Assembly: GCA_044356455.1 (NCBI GenBank)
Contig: JBIKWF010000065.1
Coordinates: 1-23,950 of the forward strand
Direction: 5' to 3'
DNA: 23,950 nucleotides
Source of the DNA: Bdellovibrionota bacterium
GTDB taxonomy: Bacteria > Bdellovibrionota_C > UBA2361 > JBGSMV01
The notes below the pieces were generated by a model. The model was given only the letters and a program-made list of their open reading frames with translations. It was not told where the DNA came from and searched no databases. Positions 1-6,725 of this stretch are shown piece after piece. The translations under genes and the position numbers were made by a program. How positions within the stretch are numbered: position 1 is the first letter of the stretch; each line of letters starts with the position of its first letter.

Positions 1-1089
1 GTCCCTATCCTGGAGCGCACGCGTCATTCCAGAAACTACGGGATTCACGAACTCAAGGTGTGACGGATTAGGAGCAAGAGTAATGCGAATGTCACCGCTT
101 GCCGTAGTTAAGGTCGAACAAATTCCCTGATGATACTTTACGTCGCCGGCTCCAATAACGGTTGCCATGCTCGTATCTTCAAACTCTGCAAAGATTTGCT
201 GCAAAGGCTTATCTGCAATGTTCGCGAGCACGTTAAGACGCCCGCGGTGCGCCATCCCAATTACGACATCCGAAATGCCGGACTTGGCCGCATCTTGGAT
301 AAGCACTTCAAGCATCGGGATTAAGGTGTCGCCGCCCTGCAAAGAAAAGCGTTTGGCGCCTACGTAGCGCTTATGAAGCTCGGCTTCCATCGCGTCTGCT
401 TCGTGCAGCTTTCTAAAGAACTGCTTGCGCTCCTCCGCAGTAAACCAATCTCTGCGAGGGAAATCTTTCTCTGCGCGCTGCTGGAGCCATTCACGCTCTT
501 GAAGGGAGGGCACATGACCGTATTCAAAACCAACGGAATCACAATAGACGGCCTGGAGCTGCTCAAGCAGCTGCCCAAGCGGCATAAGGTGCCGCCCCTT
601 AAATCCTGCGCACTGAACTTCTTGGCTGTGCTCGGACTCGCCAATCCCAAGAAAGGCTGGATCAAGGTCCGCAGAACCTGGCAGAGCAACAACTCCTTTG
701 GTTAAAGGGTTTACCTTCGCGCGAAGATGACCACGTTCGCGATAGGCGGCGACAAGTCTTGTCGCACGCTCCTGAAGCGCAAGCATTGAATCCAAGTCAC
801 GCTGACCGTGATCTCGAATCTTCGCGGCTGATACCTTGACCACGCTTGGCTCTGCTACGGAAGAGCCGGTAGCAGAAGCAATCGCTGCGGAATTCGAAGA
901 CAATACGGGGGAACCCGCCGAGGAACTGGTAAGCTGAGCACTCGCGCCATTTAGCTGAGAGAAATAAGCAGCCCAGGTATCACCCACCAAACTGGGATCC
1001 GCCAAGAAAAGGCGATACAGCTCCTCTACATAGCCCGCGTTTTGACCAAATTGACCGAACATTTCAGATCCTGCTGAGGAGACGCTCAT
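1..1089 (-). CDS. sucA: 2-oxoglutarate dehydrogenase E1 component (5' part; runs off the window edge)
   Basis: Manual minus-strand translation from ATG 1089 (an in-frame ATG also lies at 1098) gives MSVSSAGSEMFGQFGQNAGYVEELYRLFLADPSLV...YRERGHLRAKVNPL...GAKRFSLQG...GMAHRGRLNVL...GDVKYHQG...NPSHLEFVNPVV, all hallmark SucA motifs. It is missing from the ORF track because there is no stop in the window. Confidence 0.96.
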   Translation of the reverse strand, partial: MSVSSAGSEMFGQFGQNAGYVEELYRLFLADPSLVGDTWAAYFSQLNGASAQLTSSSAGSPVLSSNSAAIASATGSSVAEPSVVKVSAAKIRDHGQRDLDSMLALQERATRLVAAYRERGHLRAKVNPLTKGVVALPGSADLDPAFLGIGESEHSQEVQCAGFKGRHLMPLGQLLEQLQAVYCDSVGFEYGHVPSLQEREWLQQRAEKDFPRRDWFTAEERKQFFRKLHEADAMEAELHKRYVGAKRFSLQGGDTLIPMLEVLIQDAAKSGISDVVIGMAHRGRLNVLANIADKPLQQIFAEFEDTSMATVIGAGDVKYHQGICSTLTTASGDIRITLAPNPSHLEFVNPVVSGMTRALQDRD

Positions 1090-1307
1090 ATATCCCATAG
1101 TGAAACAAAACTTAAGGCCTCGAGAGTACCGATCTCCCCTAAAAACTGCAAGATTCCTGAGGGGTTAGAGCCGTCTGCCGCCCGTTAATTTAGTCCAGAA
1201 TCAATCTACCGTGTCTGACCGCGTAAGCACTCTCTCCCCTTAAAAATTCTTCAACCCTATGATTGGATTTAGGAATTGGGAAACCGGTCTTAGGCTTTCT
1301 TAAGGGA

Positions 1308-1334
1308 TAGTCGGCTCCGAGTGAGAGGAACTTA
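1308..1334 (-). promoter_or_regulatory. Sigma-28 (FliA)-like promoter about 220 bp upstream of sucA
   Basis: Minus strand TAAG-N15-GCCGACTA versus consensus TAAA-N15-GCCGATAA. Confidence 0.5.
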
Positions 1335-1373
1335 CCATTTGGTCCCCCTTTAGCATGCGCCGCCCACCTATGC

Positions 1374-3446
1374 TCACGAACCGTACGTTAAGGAGGCCAC
1401 GACGATAGAAGTCAGATTCTCAGCCTGCGCCAAAGAACCTCGGGCATTTCGCCTGATAGCGGCCTGAAGCTCAAGCGCTACCTGATCGGCATCCGTCTCG
1501 GTCGTAATCTGATTTGAGAGATCGAGAAAGGCAAATCCGGCTGCCCGCACGAGGTCGAGATTTTCTCCAATAAAGTCTGTTACCTTATCGAGTGTTTCAA
1601 TGTTTTCCGTAATCTGCTCTCTGAGCTTCTTCAAATCCTGCAAAGCCCTAAAGGCATCGGGGCGGGTACTCAGGTCCCAATCAAGGATCTTTCCAGGTTC
1701 CGTCGAGGAGAGTCCTGTTCTTCTTCCGGGGAGCGACTGCGCGTTAAAGGCGAGCCGATAGAGCTCCGATTCACCCCCGCCGACATCTGTAATTTTCCCC
1801 GCTATCCCAAGGTCAACATACCCATCACTCCTAAGCGCCATACTTAGCGTACCAACGGACGCCGACGCCCCCAACGAATATGACGTAGAGGAGTTCGAGG
1901 AGTTCATATCCACTGCCGTCGCTGCCGTAAGGCCGGAGTTCACGGAGTATAGATGTATCGATTGGTCAGTCGAATCATAGTAGCTGAAATAGCCGCCAAT
2001 TCCCGCTTGTGTGGCGGTACCAAGGGCAGCGAACGAATCAATAGAAACCCCCGAAAGCACGGTAGTAGTCCCCGCAGCGAAGAAGGAATACGTTTTTACC
2101 GTTGAGGCTTCCGCGATAGCGATTTGACTGGTGGCCCCCACAAATGCAACGTGGCTTGCTGCGCTCGTGTAAAATGATGAGGCGAAATCGACGCCACCCC
2201 CTCCCCCCGAAGCATTCTGGAATAAGAAATAACTTGAATAAGTGGCTGGCAGATTTGAAATTAATAAATGCGTTCCATCTGGACTAATCTCTACCCTCGA
2301 AATACCCGGATCATTCAAGGCTGTTGTTCTTGACACCCCTGCCTCAGCCGCCGCCCACATGATGGACGGATCTTCTCCAATTGAAGATGCGGTAAGCTTC
2401 CCAGCCTGATAAGTGTAATCAACTCCATCAAAGTATTTGGTCGCAATGACATAAGATAACCCATCGGCTGACAAATCCGCAGCAGTATAGGAGAGAGTGC
2501 CATCGTTGTTGGTGACCTGAGCGACCACCGAGCCAGTTTCATCGAGCATAAAAACCTGCTCAAAGTTGCTTGGATTAAAATTGCCAAAGAGGTTCCCGGT
2601 TGACTTCACAAGGCTGTAGCCCGGCTTTGAACTCGCGTTTAAGTTGAGCTCATTCACTGCCATGATTTCAGTGATGTCATGAGGAGCCACGAGTGTCCCC
2701 GCCCCCTGACTTGTAATTGTTCCGTTCTGATCCACTGCGAAGACTGCCCCAGCCCCTGGATTCTGGTTTAAGAGCGTATCGGTAGCGCGAAAAACTCCGC
2801 CATTGGGGGCGATACTTGCTGAGCTAGAATCGATGTCCCCGCTGTTGTTGGAAACATTCTGAAGACGATAGATGGTCTTCGAAACAGGAGCAGCAAACAC
2901 ACTATCTGGAATTTCCAGAGGGCGAGAGGCCTTGTAGGCTTCACTTGCGAACTTGCCTTCGGTTTTGGGGAGCGCAAAGGCATCAAAGATCTTTTTAAGC
3001 CGGTTGGAGACCTCCTCGGTAAGCCCCATCTTTTGCAAAATTGCGCCGATGCCATCTGAGGTCAGATAGTCATCCCCGCCAATCTCCGAGTTGCTGACCA
3101 CTTGGCGAAATTTCTGAACGAGCTTTTTAAATTTGAAATTTATTTCTGCGCGGCCATCGCTCCCCACGCCATTTTGACTTGCCTCCTCTGCAAGATTCAC
3201 CATGTCGCCCACGACCTTCCCAAGCTGAGAAAGCGTATTTCGTGAAATATTAACGAAGGAAATAGTGGCATTGAGGCCCTGCACCGCAGTGGCAAAGGTA
3301 CGAGCTCCTAACCTCAATCCATCTGCGACCGTAACCGTGGAGGATCCACCAAGGGGGCTTGTTGAGCTCGCAGCACCAGTCGCAAGGCCTTGGAAGCGCC
3401 TTACGAAGGAGCCATTTACCACCTTTTCAAGTGAAGCTACTGCCAT
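1374..3446 (-). CDS. Highly divergent flagellin-family protein with a large central insert (probable beta-propeller)
   Basis: N-terminus aligns by eye with flagellin N helices (VADGLRLGARTFATAVQGLNATISFVNISRNTLSQLGKVVGDMVNLAEEASQNG...RAEINFKF...SNSEIGGDDYL). C-terminus aligns with flagellin C helices (DLSTRPDAFRALQDL...TETDADQVALELQAAIRRNARGSLAQAENL). The centre is beta-rich with ADLSADG, EISPDGTHLL and QVFMLD motifs. A sigma-28 promoter lies upstream. Confidence 0.75.
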   Translation of the reverse strand: MAVASLEKVVNGSFVRRFQGLATGAASSTSPLGGSSTVTVADGLRLGARTFATAVQGLNATISFVNISRNTLSQLGKVVGDMVNLAEEASQNGVGSDGRAEINFKFKKLVQKFRQVVSNSEIGGDDYLTSDGIGAILQKMGLTEEVSNRLKKIFDAFALPKTEGKFASEAYKASRPLEIPDSVFAAPVSKTIYRLQNVSNNSGDIDSSSASIAPNGGVFRATDTLLNQNPGAGAVFAVDQNGTITSQGAGTLVAPHDITEIMAVNELNLNASSKPGYSLVKSTGNLFGNFNPSNFEQVFMLDETGSVVAQVTNNDGTLSYTAADLSADGLSYVIATKYFDGVDYTYQAGKLTASSIGEDPSIMWAAAEAGVSRTTALNDPGISRVEISPDGTHLLISNLPATYSSYFLFQNASGGGGGVDFASSFYTSAASHVAFVGATSQIAIAEASTVKTYSFFAAGTTTVLSGVSIDSFAALGTATQAGIGGYFSYYDSTDQSIHLYSVNSGLTAATAVDMNSSNSSTSYSLGASASVGTLSMALRSDGYVDLGIAGKITDVGGGESELYRLAFNAQSLPGRRTGLSSTEPGKILDWDLSTRPDAFRALQDLKKLREQITENIETLDKVTDFIGENLDLVRAAGFAFLDLSNQITTETDADQVALELQAAIRRNARGSLAQAENLTSIVVASLTYGS

Positions 3447-3477
3447 CGCACGTCCCTGAGCCTTGCGGCGAGAAAGA

Positions 3478-3491
3478 AGAGATCCGTCTCT
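3478..3491 (-). promoter_or_regulatory. GGA-loop hairpin in the 5' leader (candidate CsrA/RsmA site)
   Basis: Minus strand AGAGA-CGGA-TCTCT, between the sigma-28 promoter and the start codon. Confidence 0.5.
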
Positions 3492-3505
3492 GTTCTTGAT
3501 GATTA

Positions 3506-3532
3506 GTATCGGCTCGTGGATCCAGGTCTTAA
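3506..3532 (-). promoter_or_regulatory. Sigma-28 (FliA) promoter of the divergent flagellin
   Basis: Minus strand TTAA-N15-GCCGATAC, 60 bp upstream of the ATG. Confidence 0.75.
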
Positions 3533-3699
3533 GTGCCGCCCAGGTAACTACCTGGAAAGAAACAGCATTCGCCTTCCTCGGCAGGGTCAGGAAATCGGAA
3601 TTCTTTCACCTCAAAGGACGCTAGGGACACAAAGGAACACGTTGAAATTGCTGGTTCACGTTCGGGGTAGTGATTGTAGCGCCCCACACTTCACGCTAG

Positions 3700-3809
3700 G
3701 AGTCTGTCCCGTAGAAAAATTCTACCACTACCTGTTGTGGTGGCAACGGGACAGCCCCCCCTACGGACTGTGTCCAAAATGAGGATTTATGTTTCTACGG
3801 GACACACTC
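3700..3809. mobile_element. MITE family A (110 bp, IS5-family-like ends)
   Basis: Terminal inverted repeats GAGTCTGTCCCGTAGAAA (3700-3717) and TTTCTACGGGACACACTC (3792-3809) match 17/18. CTAG flanks both sides (3696-3699, 3810-3813). Confidence 0.8.
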
Positions 3810-4367
3810 CTAGTCACAAATAGCAGAGCAAGAATAGAACTCCCCAAGTGCACTAGGACACTTCGACGATTCGCCCTGTTGTTTTAGGAGATAGTCACAT
3901 GAAAGTCGCTCCAGCCCAGACAGGGGCCTAGAAAGTCCAGCGAATGCTCGAGCACGAAAAGCGGCTTCGTCAGGGCATTTATCACTCGCCTCTGAACACA
4001 AGGCATTCTCGACCCGAAGGGGAGCGAGAGCGCCAAGTGGCAGTGCGCGCCATTCGTCTTTAATTTGACAGGAGAGACAAGCTGGTTTTGTTCCCTTGTT
4101 GCTCGCAAGGAGCCCAAGTCTAAGCAGCTCAAATTCGGTGCGAAGTTCTGCAACCTTGGACACCAGCTGAGCAGTGGCCTGGATAAGCACAGCGCTATCC
4201 CCAAGGACTGCTTCGGTCTCTACGATGCGAGCTTCGCTCTCAGTCGTTTGGCTGTGAAGGGCAGAGGTTCCTTGGAGGGAGGCGACAACGCCTTCGGCAA
4301 AGACCGAGCTATCACCTGAGATAAAGAAAAGAGTCAGGGCGAGAATTAGAGTTTTTACTTCACGCAT
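3810..4367 (-). CDS. Hypothetical exported protein with a Cys-rich C-terminal half
   Basis: Signal-peptide-like start MREVKTLILALTLFFISGDSSVFA, 8 Cys in the last ~90 aa, AGAGG RBS-like site and sigma-28-like promoter upstream. Confidence 0.7.
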   Translation of the reverse strand: MREVKTLILALTLFFISGDSSVFAEGVVASLQGTSALHSQTTESEARIVETEAVLGDSAVLIQATAQLVSKVAELRTEFELLRLGLLASNKGTKPACLSCQIKDEWRALPLGALAPLRVENALCSEASDKCPDEAAFRARAFAGLSRPLSGLERLSCDYLLKQQGESSKCPSALGEFYSCSAICD

Positions 4368-4392
4368 GGATCGGCCTCTCTACTTCTGTAGA

Positions 4393-4420
4393 TGGTCGGC
4401 TTTGCGGCATCGGTTCTTAA
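4393..4420 (-). promoter_or_regulatory. Sigma-28-like promoter
   Basis: Minus strand TTAAG-N15-GCCGACCA, 25 bp upstream of the ATG at 4367. Confidence 0.6.
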
Positions 4421-4424
4421 CTTC

Positions 4425-4544
4425 GAAAGCTCTAAAAAATTTATGGTCGTAGCTTCAGTGGCCTTCGTTGTTTATTAAGACAACCACTAAGAACTCTGAG
4501 AACACTAAGAGGGGGGAAAGCTTTCATTAATCCAGCAAGATTCC
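4425..4544. repeat. Degenerate family-B MITE-like copy with a 9-mer array
   Basis: Left end GAAAGCTCTAAAAAA matches the family-B TIR at 12/15. Internal CACTAAGAA-CTCTGAGAA-CACTAAGAG array. Right end AGATTCC followed by CTAG. Confidence 0.4.
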
Positions 4545-4621
4545 CTAGGAACTTTTCGTAGGGCCGAACTCATTGAAGGTGTGCGTTTTCTAGCTCTGGT
4601 GCGAGTTGAAGCTAATGAACA

Positions 4622-4729
4622 TCTGTGTACCTTTGCGCCCTCTGTGGTGAGCTATCATGAAGAAATTCACCACATAGGACACGAAGGGACACAGAGTTGT
4701 AATGAGAATGGATACTTTTCAGCGGTCTC
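4622..4729. repeat. 9-bp-periodic REP-like hairpin plus one TIR remnant
   Basis: Arms 4622-4650 (TCTGTGTAC CTTTGCGCC CTCTGTGGTGA) and 4667-4695 are imperfect inverted repeats. CTTTTCAGCGGTCTC+TTAG at 4715-4733 resembles the family-B right end. Confidence 0.65.
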
Positions 4730-4742
4730 TTAGGACTAGGCC

Positions 4743-5432
4743 CTAAGAAGCGGAAAGAACCCGCCCCGCCCACGTTTTAAGCCCGCGCATCGCGGAAGTC
4801 CCAATTTTATGTCCCACAGGGTCTGAGTGGAATTCAGTTGAGAAGCCCTGAGTCTCAAGAAAAGACTGCCCTTCTTTGGCTGTCGCCAGAGGGACGACGT
4901 CGTCTAGCTCTCCGTGTCCTATGAAAATGGAAGGGACAGGAGTCCCCTGCCCCACCTTCTCTGTCTTTTCCTTGATGACAAACCCGGCGAGCAGTCCAAC
5001 TCCAACAAAGCGCTCTGGCTCATGCTGAATGACCGTAGAAAGCAAGCCTGCCCCTTGAGAGAATCCTAAGGCGAGGATAGTGCGCGGCTTTAGCCCATAA
5101 AAAGACAGTGCGGCATCAAGAAAAGAAACAAGGCGCTCGCGTGCTAAGGCAATAGCCTCACGCGTGGTAACCCGAGCCGACTCGGCACCCCGAAAATCGC
5201 TCACGTCCCACCAACTAAAGCCCCCCACGGGATCGGGAAGAAAGGCTTGGGGCGCAAGGATATTCAACCCTTCAGGCAAACTGCGCCGAAAGGCCCACAT
5301 GACTTCGCTCGTGCCCGCGCGGCCGTGGACGAGAAGCGCCACTGGAGCGTCAGGAGGCCCTGCGAGAAGCACGCGATGAATGAGGCCTGTAGAGGCGATT
5401 GCTTCGGGAGTACCAAGTTGTTGCTGCGTCAT
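4743..5432 (-). CDS. Alpha/beta hydrolase, phospholipase/carboxylesterase family
   Basis: LVHGRAG, GFSQG nucleophile elbow, HGELDDVVP and GH motifs (Ser-Asp-His triad). Confidence 0.93.
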   Translation of the reverse strand: MTQQQLGTPEAIASTGLIHRVLLAGPPDAPVALLVHGRAGTSEVMWAFRRSLPEGLNILAPQAFLPDPVGGFSWWDVSDFRGAESARVTTREAIALARERLVSFLDAALSFYGLKPRTILALGFSQGAGLLSTVIQHEPERFVGVGLLAGFVIKEKTEKVGQGTPVPSIFIGHGELDDVVPLATAKEGQSFLETQGFSTEFHSDPVGHKIGTSAMRGLKTWAGRVLSAS

Positions 5433-5558
5433 AGAGCGGTAGCAGCTTCTAAGGGATTCACTCCAAGGTCAAGACCGGATTCGTGAAAGCACGCAGAGCT
5501 TTCCCTTGGGCACATCAGAAGAAACTAACAGGCCCCCCCCTTAGTGGTTGTTCCCTAA

Positions 5559-5687
5559 GGATCCTCTGAAAAACATCGCTATTTTATTTTGCTCTCAGTG
5601 AGCTCTGTGTTCTCTGTGGTTTTTTCAATAATTTAAATCAACCACAGAGGGCACAGAGTTCACAGAGCCGACCTTTTCAGAGGTTCC
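5559..5687. mobile_element. MITE family B, copy 1 (129 bp)
   Basis: TIRs GGATCCTCTGAAAAA / CTTTTCAGAGGTTCC, CTAA duplicated on both sides (5555-5558, 5688-5691), internal (CTCTGTGnn)3...(nnCACAGAG)3 hairpin. Confidence 0.85.
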
Positions 5688-5729
5688 CTAACAACCAAGA
5701 ACACAGAGACCACGAAGAGGTGTGTCTGC

Positions 5730-6020
5730 TTATGCCGCCCCATTCTCTCTATCGCTATTTCTGAGCCCCGCTACGGTGAGAACGCGCTTGGGGTCGACTG
5801 AGAGAAAGTCGCAGATGGACCGGAAGGAGAAGATGTAATCTTCATCCACATTAAGGAAGAATTCAGTCGCTTTTCGGCCTAGCTCACCCTCTTTTTTGAC
5901 ATCAGTAAGAGCTGACATGAGCACCGCCCGAAGGAGGTTCTTCTCTGGAACCGTAGGGTCTCGAGGATCAAACTCCTCAAAGCCAACATGTACCGACGTG
6001 TTCCGATCTTCTTTTGCCAT
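5730..6020 (-). CDS. Conserved-looking small hypothetical protein
   Basis: 96 aa with a PEKNLLRAVL..AL.D / FSFRSICDFLSVDP pattern that I recall from uncharacterised deltaproteobacterial proteins. Sigma-28-like promoter upstream. Confidence 0.8.
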   Translation of the reverse strand: MAKEDRNTSVHVGFEEFDPRDPTVPEKNLLRAVLMSALTDVKKEGELGRKATEFFLNVDEDYIFSFRSICDFLSVDPKRVLTVAGLRNSDRENGAA

Positions 6021-6081
6021 ACCAGACCATTACCTAATTGAGCACCAATAACAGGGGGTTAGCCCTAACCTTACTGAATAA

Positions 6082-6109
6082 GTATCGACGCTTTCAGCGG
6101 CTCACTTTA
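6082..6109 (-). promoter_or_regulatory. Sigma-28-like promoter for 5730..6020
   Basis: Minus strand TAAAG-N15-GTCGATAC. Confidence 0.65.
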
Positions 6110-6154
6110 TTGAGATGCTCGTTTTATCTCAGTGAATCCGCTCTTTTTTGTGGC

Positions 6155-6182
6155 TTAAGTCGAACCTCTAACTGGCCGATCC
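6155..6182 (+). promoter_or_regulatory. Sigma-28-like promoter for 6252..6503
   Basis: TTAAG-N15-GCCGATCC. Confidence 0.65.
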
Positions 6183-6251
6183 TAACTCCAAGCGAAATCT
6201 AATCCCCTCGTGGGAGGAAACTTCGCTACTGCACGTGCCAAGGAGGGCATC

Positions 6252-6503
6252 ATGATTATTGAAAGGATTCGGATTGCAGTTCCGGCAGCCTATCGGGCGC
6301 CTTTTCATCGTTCCCTAGGGGAGAATCGAGGAAGTACCACTTTAGTTGAGACTGAAGAGGCCGTCGTCGATGTGTCACCTGATGGACGTCAAAGCCGCGA
6401 GCAGTGGCATAACCCCAAAAAGGAAGAAGAAGAAACTCAGAGCCAGGCAGAAACTGGTACTAATCCAGAGCCTAAAGAGCATCACGTCAATGTGGTGGTG
6501 TAA
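6252..6503 (+). CDS. Small hypothetical protein (83 aa), probably mostly disordered
   Basis: AGGAGG RBS at 6241-6246 favours ATG 6252 over the ORF-track start at 6210. Ends in HHVNVVV. Confidence 0.7.
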   Translation: MIIERIRIAVPAAYRAPFHRSLGENRGSTTLVETEEAVVDVSPDGRQSREQWHNPKKEEEETQSQAETGTNPEPKEHHVNVVV

Positions 6504-6545
6504 TGTTTATTAATAAAACTCTGAAAACCTTTCGGTAGTGAAGGG

Positions 6546-6706
6546 GGCGGAGTTTGCTCGAAGGATGCGGTGGGAACGAAGGACGCGCTCTTCGTGTCCC
6601 CGGCTCCGCCAAAGAAAGCTGCGCCGCAGCCGCACTGAAGCCAGGCTCGGCGCAGCCGTAAGGCGCAGACGGCTTCGCGTCAAAAAAAGCCCAGTAATTC
6701 TCGGGA
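6546..6706 (-). terminator. GC-rich multi-hairpin region between convergent genes, with candidate terminators
   Basis: Stems 6546-6552/6604-6610, 6572-6581/6590-6600 and 6618-6626/6648-6656. On the minus strand two hairpins are followed by T7 (6682-6688) and TTTCTTT (6611-6617). Confidence 0.45.
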
Positions 6707-6725
6707 CAACTTACAATTCACCACA

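Noticed and set aside
130..705. Four short ORFs in the ORF track
   Set aside because: They are off-frame or antisense shadows of sucA, which occupies 1-1089 on the minus strand
1111..1135. TTAAG...ACCGATCT on the plus strand as a sigma-28 promoter
   Set aside because: Spacer is too short and there is no downstream plus-strand gene
4440..4700. Short periodic repeats suggesting a CRISPR array
   Set aside because: Units are 9 bp, arranged as inverted arms with no unique spacers, and no cas genes are present
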